In this document: piece by piece, positions 1 through 11,759 of the stretch
Layout: every line of letters starts with the position of its first letter
How positions within the stretch are numbered: position 1 is the first letter of the stretch
Source of the DNA: Escherichia coli
Lineage (GTDB): Bacteria > Pseudomonadota > Gammaproteobacteria > Enterobacterales > Enterobacteriaceae
Length of the DNA: 64,000 bases
Assembly: GCF_009931435.1 (NCBI RefSeq)
Contig: NZ_CP043414.1
Direction: 5' to 3' (one strand)
Position numbers and translations under genes: made by a program
Notes under the pieces: generated by a model
What the model was told of the DNA's origin: nothing
Databases searched by the model: none
What the model saw: the letters and a program-made list of their open reading frames with translations, nothing else

Positions 1-532
1 AGGAATCCCAGTAGTAGGTTTCGCTAAAACGGCCCCCTGGAACAATGTAAGACTGTGGCAGCGCCAGCAGGGAAGACCACGGAATGTGATCTTGCGGTTC
101 GCGGGTAAGCACCGGCCACAGCTGGTCGATATGTTCTTTCAGGGAATTTTGCGGGTCCGATACATACTCGCTGGAGTAGGTCTCCGGCAGCCAGAAGTGA
201 TTTTCAACAAACTTGCGCAAGTCAAAATCACGATGACGGCGCACTTTACGATAGCGGATTAAAATATCCAGCGGGTCCATTTTGGGTGCGCAGTCGGGAA
301 AGGTTTTACTGTCGGGGAAAATTTTCGCCGACTGAACATGCTCGAACAGTTCGAGATAGCGATCGGCAGGCGTCAGCGCATCAGAGGCGGGCAGCCCTTC
401 AATCATCTCGGGTTCTGGTTCTGCCTCGATCATCTCATCCAGTTTTAATTCATACGGGTCCAGTTCATAGCAGAGATCGACCTCGATCATCAGTTCGTCT
501 GGATTAGAGTTTTGAATTTTCTGATTGAGCAT
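1..532 (-). CDS. treF: Cytoplasmic trehalase TreF, N-terminal portion; gene continues past the window start
   Basis: Minus-strand translation from ATG (complement of 530-532) reads [39 protein letters not shown]..., matching the TreF N-terminus as I remember it; frame open to position 1. Confidence 0.85.
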   Translation of the reverse strand, partial: MLNQKIQNSNPDELMIEVDLCYELDPYELKLDEMIEAEPEPEMIEGLPASDALTPADRYLELFEHVQSAKIFPDSKTFPDCAPKMDPLDILIRYRKVRRHRDFDLRKFVENHFWLPETYSSEYVSDPQNSLKEHIDQLWPVLTREPQDHIPWSSLLALPQSYIVPGGRFSETYYWDS

Positions 533-936
533 AAGGATCCGACCTCCGAAATTCGTCGCTAATTATCGGGCTTTTCTTTAAGGGTAGTCATTCGCTCCGC
601 CTGGTGGGCGACAAAGCGTGCGGTGGATCACGTTTATTAACTTGTCAAAAAATATAACGCACTAATATCAATAGAATTTATAAAAATACGGATTCCGTGT
701 TGTTTTTCATTTTCAGAACATTCAATCCTGCTCTCGCCGCAATCATGATATGCCATTCCTGCTCTGTATAATAGGTACAGACTATCTTATTGATAGTTTA
801 TATTCATGTAATTGATTGATTCCTATCAAAAAGCGTATTTCCCTGTTTTTTATGATGGCTTTGTCTCGCAGAGACGTTTGCAGCATTCTGGAAAATTTTC
901 TGGGTCACAATAACTCACCACCGTGAGGGAAGAATA

Positions 937-2334
937 ATGAAAATGGTCTCACGTATTACCGCGATCGGCCTGGCTGGCGTCGCGATTTGCTATTTAGGGT
1001 TATCTGGTTATGTGTGGTACCACGATAATAAACGCAGTAAACAGGCCGATGTTCAGGCATCTGCTGTCAGTGAAAATAATCAGGTTTTAGGTTTTCTTCG
1101 CGAAAAAGGATGCGACTATTGTCATACGCCTTCGGCAGAATTACCCGCCTATTATTATATTCCTGGCGCGAAACAGTTGATGGATTACGACATTAAGCTT
1201 GGATATAAATCTTTTAACCTCGAGGCCGTGCGTGCGGCTCTGTTGGCAGATAAACCCGTTTCGCAAAGCGATCTGAATAAGATTGAATGGGTGATGCAGT
1301 ATGAAACTATGCCGCCAACGCGTTACACCGCGCTACACTGGGCGGGTAAGGTGAGTGATGAAGAGCGGGCGGAAATACTTGCCTGGATTGCAAAACAGCG
1401 CGCGGAATATTACGCCAGTAATGATACTGCTCCGGAGCATCGCAATGAACCGGTGCAGCCTATTCCGCAAAAACTGCCTACCGATGCGCAAAAAGTGGCG
1501 TTGGGTTTTACGCTGTATCATGATCCCCGTTTATCGGCTGATAGCACCATTTCATGTGCACATTGCCATGCGTTAAATGCGGGTGGCGTTGATGGCAGAA
1601 AAACGTCGATTGGTGTTGGTGGTGCCGTTGGACCGATTAACGCACCGACGGTATTTAACTCAGTATTTAACGTTGAGCAGTTCTGGGATGGTCGTGCGGC
1701 AACATTGCAGGATCAGGCGGGTGGACCGCCGTTGAACCCGATTGAAATGGCGTCGAAATCCTGGGACGAAATTATTGCTAAGCTGGAAAAAGATCCGCAG
1801 CTTAAAGCGCAGTTCCTCGAAGTCTATCCGCAAGGTTTCAGTGGCGAAAATATTACTGATGCTATTGCTGAATTTGAGAAAACATTAATTACGCCGGATT
1901 CCCCATTTGATAAATGGTTGCGTGGAGATGAGAATGCGCTGACGGCGCAACAGAAAAAAGGCTATCAATTATTTAAAGATAATAAATGTGCAACTTGTCA
2001 TGGTGGTATTATTCTCGGCGGACGTTCTTTCGAGCCGTTGGGGCTGAAAAAAGACTTTAACTTTGGGGAAATTACGGCGGCGGATATTGGTCGTATGAAT
2101 GTTACTAAAGAAGAGCGTGATAAATTGCGTCAGAAAGTACCCGGTTTACGTAACGTTGCTTTAACGGCACCGTACTTCCATCGCGGTGACGTGCCGACGC
2201 TGGACGGGGCGGTAAAACTGATGCTGCGCTATCAGGTAGGCAAAGAGCTGCCGCAGGAAGATGTGGATGATATCGTAGCTTTCCTGCACAGTCTGAACGG
2301 GGTATATACGCCGTATATGCAGGATAAACAATAA
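937..2334 (+). CDS. yhjA: Cytochrome c peroxidase, three heme c sites
   Basis: 465 aa ORF with an N-terminal membrane anchor and three CxxCH motifs (CDYCH, CAHCH, CATCH); position between treF and gadA matches E. coli synteny. Confidence 0.9.
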   Translation: MKMVSRITAIGLAGVAICYLGLSGYVWYHDNKRSKQADVQASAVSENNQVLGFLREKGCDYCHTPSAELPAYYYIPGAKQLMDYDIKLGYKSFNLEAVRAALLADKPVSQSDLNKIEWVMQYETMPPTRYTALHWAGKVSDEERAEILAWIAKQRAEYYASNDTAPEHRNEPVQPIPQKLPTDAQKVALGFTLYHDPRLSADSTISCAHCHALNAGGVDGRKTSIGVGGAVGPINAPTVFNSVFNVEQFWDGRAATLQDQAGGPPLNPIEMASKSWDEIIAKLEKDPQLKAQFLEVYPQGFSGENITDAIAEFEKTLITPDSPFDKWLRGDENALTAQQKKGYQLFKDNKCATCHGGIILGGRSFEPLGLKKDFNFGEITAADIGRMNVTKEERDKLRQKVPGLRNVALTAPYFHRGDVPTLDGAVKLMLRYQVGKELPQEDVDDIVAFLHSLNGVYTPYMQDKQ

Positions 2335-2342
2335 TTAATTTG

Positions 2343-2377
2343 ATCGCCCGAACAGGAATGTTTGGGCGATTTTTATT
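2343..2377 (+). terminator. Rho-independent terminator after yhjA
   Basis: Inverted repeat atcgcccgaac / gtttgggcgat followed by a T-run (ttttatt). Confidence 0.6.
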
Positions 2378-2445
2378 ACGACAATAAAGTCTGTTTTTAA
2401 TATTATCATGTTAAACGTTTATATTATAAAAAGTCCTTTTTCTGC

Positions 2446-2465
2446 TTAGGATTTTGTTATTTAAA
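2446..2465 (+). promoter_or_regulatory. GAD box (GadE/GadX binding site) upstream of gadA
   Basis: Sequence TTAGGATTTTGTTATTTAAA about 80 bp upstream of the gadA start matches the 20 bp GAD box consensus as I remember it. Confidence 0.7.
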
Positions 2466-2544
2466 TTAAGCCGGTAATGCCTTGCTTCCATTGCGGATAA
2501 ATCCTACTTTTTTATTGCCTTCAAATAAATTTAAGGAGTTCGAA

Positions 2545-3945
2545 ATGGACCAGAAGCTGTTAACGGATTTCCGCTCAGAACTACTCGATTCACGTTTTGG
2601 CGCAAAGGCCATTTCTACTATCGCGGAGTCAAAACGATTTCCGCTGCACGAAATGCGCGATGATGTCGCATTCCAGATTATCAATGATGAATTATATCTT
2701 GATGGCAACGCTCGTCAGAACCTGGCCACTTTCTGCCAGACCTGGGACGACGAAAACGTCCATAAATTGATGGATTTGTCGATCAACAAAAACTGGATCG
2801 ACAAAGAAGAATATCCGCAATCTGCAGCTATCGACCTGCGTTGCGTAAACATGGTTGCTGACCTGTGGCATGCGCCTGCGCCGAAAAATGGTCAGGCCGT
2901 TGGCACCAACACCATTGGCTCTTCCGAGGCCTGTATGCTCGGCGGGATGGCGATGAAATGGCGTTGGCGCAAGCGTATGGAAGCCGCAGGCAAGCCAACG
3001 GATAAACCTAATCTGGTGTGCGGCCCGGTACAAATCTGCTGGCATAAATTTGCCCGTTACTGGGATGTGGAGCTGCGTGAAATCCCTATGCGCCCCGGTC
3101 AGTTGTTTATGGATCCGAAACGCATGATTGAAGCCTGCGACGAAAACACCATCGGCGTGGTGCCGACTTTCGGCGTGACCTACACCGGTAACTATGAATT
3201 CCCGCAACCGCTGCATGATGCACTGGATAAATTCCAGGCCGACACCGGTATCGACATCGACATGCACATCGACGCCGCCAGCGGTGGCTTCCTGGCACCG
3301 TTCGTCGCCCCGGATATCGTCTGGGACTTCCGCCTGCCGCGTGTGAAATCGATCAGTGCTTCAGGCCATAAATTCGGTCTGGCTCCGCTGGGCTGCGGCT
3401 GGGTTATCTGGCGTGATGAAGAAGCGCTGCCGCAGGAACTGGTGTTCAACGTTGACTATCTCGGTGGTCAGATTGGGACTTTCGCCATCAACTTCTCCCG
3501 CCCGGCGGGTCAGGTGATTGCACAGTATTATGAATTCCTGCGCCTCGGTCGTGAAGGCTATACCAAAGTACAGAACGCTTCCTACCAGGTTGCCGCTTAT
3601 CTGGCGGATGAAATCGCCAAACTGGGGCCGTATGAGTTCATCTGTACCGGTCGCCCGGACGAAGGCATCCCGGCGGTTTGCTTCAAACTGAAAGATGGTG
3701 AAGACCCGGGATACACCCTCTACGACCTCTCTGAACGTCTGCGCCTGCGCGGCTGGCAGGTTCCGGCCTTCACTCTCGGCGGTGAAGCCACTGACATCGT
3801 GGTGATGCGCATTATGTGCCGTCGTGGCTTCGAAATGGACTTTGCTGAACTGTTACTGGAAGACTACAAAGCCTCCCTGAAATACCTCAGCGATCACCCG
3901 AAACTGCAGGGTATAGCCCAGCAGAACAGCTTTAAACACACCTGA
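2545..3945 (+). CDS. gadA: Glutamate decarboxylase A (PLP-dependent)
   Basis: 466 aa from ATG at 2545 ([19 protein letters not shown]...); contains the SGHKFG PLP-lysine motif; adjacent to gadX, which identifies it as gadA rather than gadB. The ORF track begins 21 codons upstream at a non-ATG start. Confidence 0.92.
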   Translation: MDQKLLTDFRSELLDSRFGAKAISTIAESKRFPLHEMRDDVAFQIINDELYLDGNARQNLATFCQTWDDENVHKLMDLSINKNWIDKEEYPQSAAIDLRCVNMVADLWHAPAPKNGQAVGTNTIGSSEACMLGGMAMKWRWRKRMEAAGKPTDKPNLVCGPVQICWHKFARYWDVELREIPMRPGQLFMDPKRMIEACDENTIGVVPTFGVTYTGNYEFPQPLHDALDKFQADTGIDIDMHIDAASGGFLAPFVAPDIVWDFRLPRVKSISASGHKFGLAPLGCGWVIWRDEEALPQELVFNVDYLGGQIGTFAINFSRPAGQVIAQYYEFLRLGREGYTKVQNASYQVAAYLADEIAKLGPYEFICTGRPDEGIPAVCFKLKDGEDPGYTLYDLSERLRLRGWQVPAFTLGGEATDIVVMRIMCRRGFEMDFAELLLEDYKASLKYLSDHPKLQGIAQQNSFKHT

Positions 3946-3964
3946 TAACATAATTTTGTAAAAA

Positions 3965-4003
3965 CCGAATGCCCCGACCTTAAAAAACAGGTGGGGCATT
4001 CGG
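3965..4003 (+). terminator. Hairpin after gadA, putative terminator
   Basis: Inverted repeat ccgaatgcccc ... ggggcattcgg just after the gadA stop; no clean T-run, so weaker. Confidence 0.4.
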
Positions 4004-4313
4004 TTACTTATTCATGCAATAATATATTGGCTGTTTATTCATCGTGTTGATAAGATATATGTTATATGAATGTTATTAAGGGTGGCGAGACCGTTTAATA
4101 TCACAATAAGGGATTATTTGCTTACTAATAATTTCCCTGCGTTTTTAACGCCTTTTTTTGTATTATAAATCCAGTTATCCAGCCCGACTATCATCACACA
4201 TCATCATCCTGTTTTCCCGCTTCGTTTAAATTTATTTATCAATCAATTTGACTTAAGAGGGCGGCGTGCTACATTAATAAACAGTAATATGTTTATGTAA
4301 TATTAAGCCGACT

Positions 4314-5138
4314 ATGCAATCACTACATGGTAATTGTCTAATTGCGTACGCAAGACATAAATATATTCTCACCATGGTTAATGGTGAATATCGCTATTTT
4401 AATGGCGGTGAACTGGTTTTTGCGGATGCAAGTCAAATTCAAGTGGATAAGTGTGTCGAGAATTTTGTATTAGTTTCAAGGGACACGCTTTCATTATTTC
4501 TCCCGATGCTCAAGGAGGAGGCATTAAATCTTCATGCACATAAAAAAGTTCCTTCGTTACTCGTTCATCACTGTACCAGAGATATTCCTGTTTTTCAGGA
4601 GGTTGCGCAACTATCGCAGAATAAGAATCTGCGCTATGCAGAAATGCTCCGTAAAAGAGCATTAATCTTTGCGTTGTTATCTGTTTTCCTGGAGGACGAG
4701 CAGTTTATACCGCTGCTTCTGAACGTTTTGCAACCGAACATGCGAACACGAGTTTGTACGGTCATCAATAATAATATCGCCCATGAGTGGACATTAGCCC
4801 AAATCGCCAGCGAGCTGTTGATGAGTTCAAGCCTGTTAAAGAAAAAATTGCGCGAAGAAGGTACGTCATATTCACAGTTGCTTACTGAGTGTAGAATGCA
4901 ACGTGCTTTACAACTTATTGTTATACATGGGTTTTCAATTAAAAGAGTCGCAGTGTCCTGTGGTTATCACAGCGTGTCGTATTTCATTTACGTTTTTCGA
5001 AATTATTATGGGATGACGCCCACAGAGTATCAGGAGCGATCGGCACAAGAATTGCCGAACCGTGACTCGGTGGCAAGTATTGTTGCACAAGGGAATTTTT
5101 ACGGCACTGACCGTTCTGCGGAAGGAATAAGATTATAG
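4314..5138 (+). CDS. gadX: AraC-family acid resistance regulator GadX
   Basis: 274 aa; C-terminal AraC-type helix-turn-helix region; position immediately downstream of gadA. Confidence 0.9.
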   Translation: MQSLHGNCLIAYARHKYILTMVNGEYRYFNGGELVFADASQIQVDKCVENFVLVSRDTLSLFLPMLKEEALNLHAHKKVPSLLVHHCTRDIPVFQEVAQLSQNKNLRYAEMLRKRALIFALLSVFLEDEQFIPLLLNVLQPNMRTRVCTVINNNIAHEWTLAQIASELLMSSSLLKKKLREEGTSYSQLLTECRMQRALQLIVIHGFSIKRVAVSCGYHSVSYFIYVFRNYYGMTPTEYQERSAQELPNRDSVASIVAQGNFYGTDRSAEGIRL

Positions 5139-5154
5139 AGTTTTACTCAGACAT

Positions 5155-5260
5155 AAAAAAAACCCGGCATAGGGGACCGGGAAGAGGATAGTCTGCCGTC
5201 TCCAGACTAATAAACCGTTATAACACTCCCTGTTGGCACGGGAAACTTTGTGCTCTCAGT
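5155..5260 (-). ncRNA. gadY: GadY small RNA, antisense to the gadX 3' UTR
   Basis: Minus-strand sequence ACTGAGAGCACAAAGTTTCCCGTGCCAACAGGGAGTG...CCCTATGCCGGGTTTTTTTT matches the GadY sequence as I remember it; ends in a hairpin plus U-run; sits in the gadX-gadW intergenic region. Confidence 0.65.
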
Positions 5261-5506
5261 AAGTTAAATATAACTTTTACTGGAAATAAGATCAGCCATT
5301 TTTTTATAAACATAAGCTATACGCTGTGTGAAAATATATTGGTGTTGCATTTACTTATTATCAATTAACTGTTATGCAAAACTACTTTGTGGATAAATTT
5401 TGGTCCTACCAAATATGGCAGTTTTTGCACTAAGAAACAGTCTGGCGTCATTTCATTAGTATACTGAAATTGAAATAATCGCAGTAATGAAATATAAGGG
5501 ATAGTC

Positions 5507-6235
5507 ATGACTCATGTCTGCTCGGTGATCCTCGTTCGTCGTTCATTGGATATTCATCATGAACAGCAAAAAATATCGTTGCACAACGAAAGTATTCTAC
5601 TGCTGGATAAAAATTTGGCAGATGATTTTGCGTTTTGTTCACCGGATACGCGACGGCTGGATATCGATGAGCTGACAATTTGCCATTACTTACAAAATAT
5701 TCGTCAGCTACCACGCAATTTAGGGTTACATAGCAAAGACCGTTTGTTAATTAACCAGTCCCCCCCCATGCCTCTGGTGACGGCGATTTTTGATAGTTTC
5801 AATGAATCCGGGGTAAATTCGCCGATAATGAGCAAGATGCTTTACCTTTCCTGTTTATCAATGTTTTCTCATAAGAAAGAACTTATCCCCTTACTTTTCA
5901 ATAGTATCAGTACTGTTTCAGGAAAAGTTGAACGCCTTATTAGCTTTGATATCGCTAAACGTTGGTATCTACGCGATATCGCGGAAAGAATGTATACCAG
6001 CGAGAGTCTCATCAAAAAAAAGTTGCAGGATGAAAATACCTGTTTCAGTAAAATATTACTCGCCTCCAGGATGTCGATGGCCAGACGATTACTCGAGTTA
6101 CGTCAAATTCCTCTACATACTATTGCAGAAAAATGTGGGTATAGCAGTACGTCGTACTTTATAAACACATTTCGACAATATTATGGTGTAACGCCACATC
6201 AGTTTGCGCAACATTCTCCGGGTACCTTCTCCTGA
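5507..6235 (+). CDS. gadW: AraC-family regulator GadW
   Basis: 242 aa AraC-type regulator, paralogous to gadX, at the expected position. Confidence 0.9.
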   Translation: MTHVCSVILVRRSLDIHHEQQKISLHNESILLLDKNLADDFAFCSPDTRRLDIDELTICHYLQNIRQLPRNLGLHSKDRLLINQSPPMPLVTAIFDSFNESGVNSPIMSKMLYLSCLSMFSHKKELIPLLFNSISTVSGKVERLISFDIAKRWYLRDIAERMYTSESLIKKKLQDENTCFSKILLASRMSMARRLLELRQIPLHTIAEKCGYSSTSYFINTFRQYYGVTPHQFAQHSPGTFS

Positions 6236-6597
6236 CCTATTTCGTATTTGAATATTGGTCAGGATCTCGCACCTGCTTCATGTGAAACTCTTTCCTGATG
6301 ATCTCTTCCGGGCTACCGGCAAGATCTCTTTCGTAGTTAGCCAGGCGGTATAGGTATTTTCAGGAGGAAAAGACTCGGCATGTTTGGGATTATTAAGCTG
6401 ACAATTCATACGATTACGGGAATGTGGGTCAGTATTGTGCTGTTCAAATTGATGACGAATGGCTGGAGTGGCTTCTACTTTCAGTGCTGTGTACTAAGCC
6501 TGGTATTCCTGACGGTCAGCTGGTTGTTGAGTGGTGAATGGTTAGCAGGAAAGAGTAAGGCTGAACCCTCACGTTCAACCTTACTCTCATTTACACG

Positions 6598-9500
6598 TTA
6601 CGCTTTTTTAAAGCGGGCAAAGAGATGTTCCACTACAACGAAAAAGACTGGAACGAAGTAAATGGCCAGCACTGTTGCGGCAAACATCCCGCCCATCACG
6701 CCGGTACCTACCGCGTTTTGCGCGCCGGAACCGGCACCATGACTGATTACCAGCGGCAGCACGCCGAGAATAAAGGCCAGAGAGGTCATCAGGATTGGGC
6801 GTAAACGCATTCGCGCCGCTTCGATGATCGCCTCTATCGGCGTTTTCCCTTCTTTCTGCATCATCTCAACGGCAAATTCGACGATCAGGATGGCGTTCTT
6901 GGCGGAAAGCCCGATGGTAGTCAGCAAACCAACCTGGAAGTAGACGTCATTACTTAAGCCGCGCAGATCGGTGGCCAGTAATGCGCCAACGACGCCTAAC
7001 GGTACAACCAACATCACCGAGAACGGAATTGACCAGCTCTCATAAAGTGCGGCAAGGGCGAGGAACACCACGACCAGTGAAATGGCATACAGCGCGGGAG
7101 CCTGGTTTGAGGATAACGCTTCCTGATAAGACAGTCCGGTCCATGAGTAGCCGACGCCTGCCGGAAGTTTAGCGACCAGGTCTGCCATAAATTTCATGGC
7201 GTCACCGGTACTTTTCCCGGCCGCCGCTTCTCCTAAAATCTCCATTGACGGGATACCGTTGTAGCGTTCCAGTCGCGGCGAACCATAGGTCCATTCGGTA
7301 GACGAATAGGCAGAAAGCGGTGCCATCGTGCCAGAGGCGTTGCGTACATACCACTGGTTGATGTTATCCGGCAACATACGGAACGGCGTGCCTGCCTGGA
7401 CATACACTTTTTTCACCCGTCCCTGGTTGAGGAAGTCGTTCACGTAGCTGCTGCCGAAGGCGGTGGAAATTGTCTGGTTGATATCGGACAGCGCCACGCC
7501 CATTGCCTCGGCTTTCGCGGCATTGACGTTAACTTTGAACATTGGCGTATCTTCCAGGCCGTTCGGGCGTACCCCGGTAACCTGGTTCGGCGATTGCGCA
7601 GCCAGTGATAACAGCTCGTTTCGCGCCTGGGTCAGTTTTTCGTGCCCCAGGTTACCGTTGTCCAGCAGTTCCATATCAAAACCTGATGCGGTACCCAGTT
7701 CAGCCACCGCGGGTAAGTTGAACGGGAAGACGACGGCTTTATTGATACTGCTTAGCGCAATCATTGCCCGCTGAATGATCGCGGTAACTGAGTTTTCCTC
7801 GCCGACACGTTCAGACCACGGCTTGAGGCTGATAAACGCCAGACCGTTGTTTTGCCCCTGGCCACTGAAGCCAAAGCCGCCAACGGTAAACACCGACTGA
7901 ACATTATCTTTCTCTTTTGTCAGATAATAATCAGTCACCTGTTGCAGCACTTTCGTGGTGTTAACCATGGTTGCACCGGAAGGTAACTGCGCGGTGGTCA
8001 TAAATACCCCCTGATCCTCTTCTGGTAAGAAAGAGGTCGGCGTACGCAGGAACAGCACCGCCATCCCGGCGCAAATCAGCAGGTAGACCACCATGTAGCG
8101 ACCGGTACAACGCAACAGTGAGCGGGTGCTATCGGTATAGTGCTGAGTTGATTTTTCAAACAGCGTGTTGAAGCGTGCGAACAGGGCGTTAGGTTTGTGA
8201 CCGCCTTCCGGCGCGGCTTTCAGAATGGTGGCGCACAGGGCAGGGGTCAGGCTCATTGCGACAAATACTGAAAGCAGCATCGAGGAGATCAGCGTGATGG
8301 AGAACTGTCGGTAGATCTCCCCGGTTGCACCGCTCATAAAGGCCATCGGCATAAACACTGCGGAAAGCACAACGGCAATCCCGACCAGCGCACGTTGGAT
8401 CTGCCCCATGGATTTATGCGTTGCTTCCTTCGGCGGTAGCTTATCTTCCGCAATGACACGCTCGACGTTCTCCACCACCACGATGGCGTCATCCACCAAC
8501 AACCCTATCGCCAGCACCATCCCGAACATGGTGAGGGTGTTGATGGTGAAACCGACCGCCGACAAGATCGCAAACGTCCCGAGAATAACCACCGGTACGG
8601 CAATCGTCGGGATGATTGTGGCTCGGAAATTCTGCAAAAACAGATACATGACCAGGAAGACGAGGATGATAGCCTCAACCAGCGTTTTGAAAACTTCCTG
8701 AATAGAAATTTTGATAAACGGTGTGGTGTCGTAAGGATAAACCGTCTTCAGGCTTGCGGGGAAATAAGCCGATAAACGGTTCAGCTCCTCTTTCACCGCT
8801 CGCGAGGTATCCAGGGCGTTTGCTCCGGTAGCCAGTTTGATGGCGATACCGGCAGCAGGTTTGCCGTTATAGCGCGCCACGGTGGAATAATCTTCCGCCC
8901 CAAGTTCGACGCGGGCGACATCACGCAGCAGCACTTGCGAGCCATCTTGCTGAACTTTCAACAGGATTTTGCCAAATTCTTCCGGCGTTTGCAGACGCGT
9001 CTGCACAATGATCGAGGCGTTCAGTTGCTGGTCTGCCGCCTGTGGCATGCCACCCAGTTGACCACCAGAAATCTGGTTGTTTTGCACCTTAATCTGGGAA
9101 ATAACATCGGAAGGTACCAGGTTGTATTTATTGAGTTTTTGCGGGTCCAGCCAGATACGCATGGCATACTCGGAACCAAAGAGTTGTACGCTACCAACGC
9201 CCGCGGTACGGCTTAGCGGGTCTTTGATATTAGACGCTACATAGTCCGCGATATCGTACTGGTTGAGACTGCCGTTATCAGAAATGAACGCCGCTACCAT
9301 CAGGATATTACTGCTCGACTTATCGACGCTAATACCCTGCTGCTGCACCGCTTCAGGTAATGAAGGCATAGCGAGTTGCAGTTTATTTTGCACCTGAACC
9401 TGCGCGATATCAGGCGATGTCCCCGTCTCAAAGGTCAGAGTGATGGAGGCATTACCCGCCGCATCGCTGGTTGAAGACATGTACATCAGGCCATCAAGCC

Positions 9501-9711
9501 CATTCATATTTTGCTCAATCACCTGAGTGACCGAGTCTTCTACCGTTTGCGCATCGGCACCCGGATAGGTTGCGCTGACGGTAATGGTTGGTGGCGCAAT
9601 CTGCGGATATTGCGCAACCGGTAAGTTCATGATCGCCAGACCACCTGCAAGCATCATAATAATGGCAAGTACCCAGGCAAAAACCGGGCGATCAATAAAA
9701 TAGTTAGCCAT
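6598..9711 (-). CDS. mdtF: RND multidrug efflux pump, inner membrane transporter MdtF
   Basis: 1037 aa AcrB-like protein ([24 protein letters not shown]...); large periplasmic loops and 12 predicted TM segments. Confidence 0.93.
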   Translation of the reverse strand: MANYFIDRPVFAWVLAIIMMLAGGLAIMNLPVAQYPQIAPPTITVSATYPGADAQTVEDSVTQVIEQNMNGLDGLMYMSSTSDAAGNASITLTFETGTSPDIAQVQVQNKLQLAMPSLPEAVQQQGISVDKSSSNILMVAAFISDNGSLNQYDIADYVASNIKDPLSRTAGVGSVQLFGSEYAMRIWLDPQKLNKYNLVPSDVISQIKVQNNQISGGQLGGMPQAADQQLNASIIVQTRLQTPEEFGKILLKVQQDGSQVLLRDVARVELGAEDYSTVARYNGKPAAGIAIKLATGANALDTSRAVKEELNRLSAYFPASLKTVYPYDTTPFIKISIQEVFKTLVEAIILVFLVMYLFLQNFRATIIPTIAVPVVILGTFAILSAVGFTINTLTMFGMVLAIGLLVDDAIVVVENVERVIAEDKLPPKEATHKSMGQIQRALVGIAVVLSAVFMPMAFMSGATGEIYRQFSITLISSMLLSVFVAMSLTPALCATILKAAPEGGHKPNALFARFNTLFEKSTQHYTDSTRSLLRCTGRYMVVYLLICAGMAVLFLRTPTSFLPEEDQGVFMTTAQLPSGATMVNTTKVLQQVTDYYLTKEKDNVQSVFTVGGFGFSGQGQNNGLAFISLKPWSERVGEENSVTAIIQRAMIALSSINKAVVFPFNLPAVAELGTASGFDMELLDNGNLGHEKLTQARNELLSLAAQSPNQVTGVRPNGLEDTPMFKVNVNAAKAEAMGVALSDINQTISTAFGSSYVNDFLNQGRVKKVYVQAGTPFRMLPDNINQWYVRNASGTMAPLSAYSSTEWTYGSPRLERYNGIPSMEILGEAAAGKSTGDAMKFMADLVAKLPAGVGYSWTGLSYQEALSSNQAPALYAISLVVVFLALAALYESWSIPFSVMLVVPLGVVGALLATDLRGLSNDVYFQVGLLTTIGLSAKNAILIVEFAVEMMQKEGKTPIEAIIEAARMRLRPILMTSLAFILGVLPLVISHGAGSGAQNAVGTGVMGGMFAATVLAIYFVPVFFVVVEHLFARFKKA

Positions 9712-9735
9712 GAAAGTCCCCTTAAGCCTGCAACG

Positions 9736-10893
9736 TTATTGTTTCGATTCGGTGCTGGCGTTTTCCTGGCTGGAGGAAATTGCACGTGCTTTGATACCCG
9801 GATGAATACGTTGCAAACCGGAAACGATCACCCGATCGCCAGCCTGCAAGCCAGAGGTGACAACCCACTGGTCGCCGATGGCTTTGCTGGCTTCAATTTC
9901 GCGTAGCTGCACAACATCGTCTTTATCCAGAATGAGCGCCGTTGCTTTACCCTGGGCGTTGTGGGTGACGCCTTCCTGCGGCACCAGTAATACATTCTGG
10001 CGGCTACCTTCATCCACTAATGCCGTGACATACATACCTGGCAGCAAGTCACCATTTGGGTTGGGGAAAATCGCCCGTAACGTCACGGAGCCCGTGGTTT
10101 CATCCACCGTCGGGTCGGAGAATTTCAGCGTGCCGGTCTGGCTGTAACGTTTACCATTTTCCAGATTGAGCTGTACTGGCGTACTGCCCTGAACCTGTTT
10201 GATTTGTCCACTGGCGACCTCTTCTTTCATGCGCAAAAAATCCTGCACCGACTGCGTGAGATCGACATAAATCGGGTCCAGACGTTGCACGGTAACCAGT
10301 GAATCGGCTTGATTAGCGGTAACGAGTGCGCCGACGGTCACCGACGATTTCCCGCTGACGCCCGTAATCGGCGAGGTGACATTCGCGTATTGCAGATTGA
10401 TCGTCGCCTGTTCAACAGCCGCTTTGGCGACGGTGACATTGGCTTCTGCTTCATTCAGCTGGGTGCGCGCGGTGTCGTAATCCTGACGGCTAACGTAGTT
10501 GGTCTTCAGCAATGATGCCTGGCGGTTAAAGGTGATGCGGGCATTGCTGGCGGTTGAGAGTGCTTTCGCCAACGAGCCTTTGGCGGAGTTTAGATCGGCC
10601 TGTAAAGGCGCAGGATCAATCTGATACAGCGAATCGCCCTGGTTCACTTTATCGCCTTCGATAAAGTTGCGTTTAATGATAATACCGCCCACCTGAGGGC
10701 GTATCTCGGCAACTTCATAAGGAACGGTTCTACCAGGCAATTCGCTCAACACATTGACCGAACCGGGGGAGAGTGTGACGACACCGACCTCAGGCGTCAT
10801 GGCGGCGGCGTTTTCCGTCGATTTGTCATCGCAGGCGGTGAGCATCGCGCCGCAGAATAACAACGGTATTAACAGTTTTCTTCTTCTGTTCAT
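9736..10893 (-). CDS. mdtE: RND efflux membrane fusion protein MdtE
   Basis: 385 aa with lipoprotein signal (LLFCGAMLTAC); AcrA-like; immediately upstream of mdtF in the same orientation. Confidence 0.9.
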   Translation of the reverse strand: MNRRRKLLIPLLFCGAMLTACDDKSTENAAAMTPEVGVVTLSPGSVNVLSELPGRTVPYEVAEIRPQVGGIIIKRNFIEGDKVNQGDSLYQIDPAPLQADLNSAKGSLAKALSTASNARITFNRQASLLKTNYVSRQDYDTARTQLNEAEANVTVAKAAVEQATINLQYANVTSPITGVSGKSSVTVGALVTANQADSLVTVQRLDPIYVDLTQSVQDFLRMKEEVASGQIKQVQGSTPVQLNLENGKRYSQTGTLKFSDPTVDETTGSVTLRAIFPNPNGDLLPGMYVTALVDEGSRQNVLLVPQEGVTHNAQGKATALILDKDDVVQLREIEASKAIGDQWVVTSGLQAGDRVIVSGLQRIHPGIKARAISSSQENASTESKQ

Positions 10894-11231
10894 TTTAGTC
10901 CCTGAAAATTCTTGAGATATAACGGTTCTTTAAATTGCGCGCGAGGAGAGGTATGAGGGATTTACAGACCAGCGGCATAGTGGGGTTGTCAGCCAGTAAG
11001 ATGGGATGCAAGCACAGTGATCGACATGGTGAGGTCAACGACAAAAAAAATGTTGCCGTTCTGCCAACAGTTCCTGCCAGCATTCGGGCAACGAAGGGTT
11101 CTACTGGTGGATACACATACCAGGGGAATAAAGTCGTTTTCGCCTCTCCTTTAGTCATCACCGGGGATAATGAAATCAGCATCTGCATCCCTCTTCATGC
11201 CTGCCATCATTTTCAGTTAATTATGTCCTGA

Positions 11232-11759
11232 CTAAAAATAAGATGTGATACCCAGGGTGACGATGTCGCTCATACGTCTTAGTTTCAGCTTGTACATAAT
11301 GTTGAATTTCTGAATCTTTAATGTTTGTTGCGAAATATTGAGCGTTGACGTGATATTGCTTTCGTTTTTGTTTTTCAGAATCAGCTGCATAATTTTGAAC
11401 TGATTATGTGAAAAACATAATTGTGAATTCTTATGGGGCAAGTGTTTACCATAAGTAATCTCAAGAAGATTTTTGATACTTTCTTTGCGGCTGACAAAAT
11501 AAATAGGCGCTTTAGCTTTTAGTTTACTGATGTGATAAGGTGCCAAAACAATAATTCTCTCGGCGTCTAATTTCTCCAGAAATTTAATCGCTTCTTCATC
11601 AAGGATATGGTTGTGATAGGTATCAATGATAACCTTGAAGGGTTTATTACCTACTTTTTTGATCTCTGACAGGGAATTGATTTTTATCATTTCGTGATTA
11701 TCTTTCAACTGCCAAAAGCCCTGTAAAAGAAAAGAATCTTTCGTCATGAGAAAAATCAT
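11232..11759 (-). CDS. gadE: LuxR-family acid resistance activator GadE
   Basis: 175 aa from ATG (complement of 11757-11759), MIFLMTKDSFLLQGFWQL...; C-terminal LuxR-type HTH. The ORF track extends 26 codons further upstream; I prefer the shorter start. Confidence 0.85.
   Translation of the reverse strand: MIFLMTKDSFLLQGFWQLKDNHEMIKINSLSEIKKVGNKPFKVIIDTYHNHILDEEAIKFLEKLDAERIIVLAPYHISKLKAKAPIYFVSRKESIKNLLEITYGKHLPHKNSQLCFSHNQFKIMQLILKNKNESNITSTLNISQQTLKIQKFNIMYKLKLRRMSDIVTLGITSYF

Noticed and set aside
6380-6661. 93 aa ORF between gadW and mdtF, overlapping the mdtF 3' end
   Set aside because: Overlaps the convergent mdtF terminus; hydrophobic low-complexity product; no RBS. Likely spurious.
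7463-9216. Several 90-100 aa plus-strand ORFs inside mdtF
   Set aside because: Antisense to a 1037 aa RND transporter gene; no support.
10895-11231. Two overlapping roughly 97 aa ORFs in the mdtE-gadE intergenic region
   Set aside because: Mutually overlapping on opposite strands in a short intergenic space; no RBS. This region is more likely the gadE 3' UTR, from which a processed sRNA has been reported, but I cannot delimit it from sequence alone.
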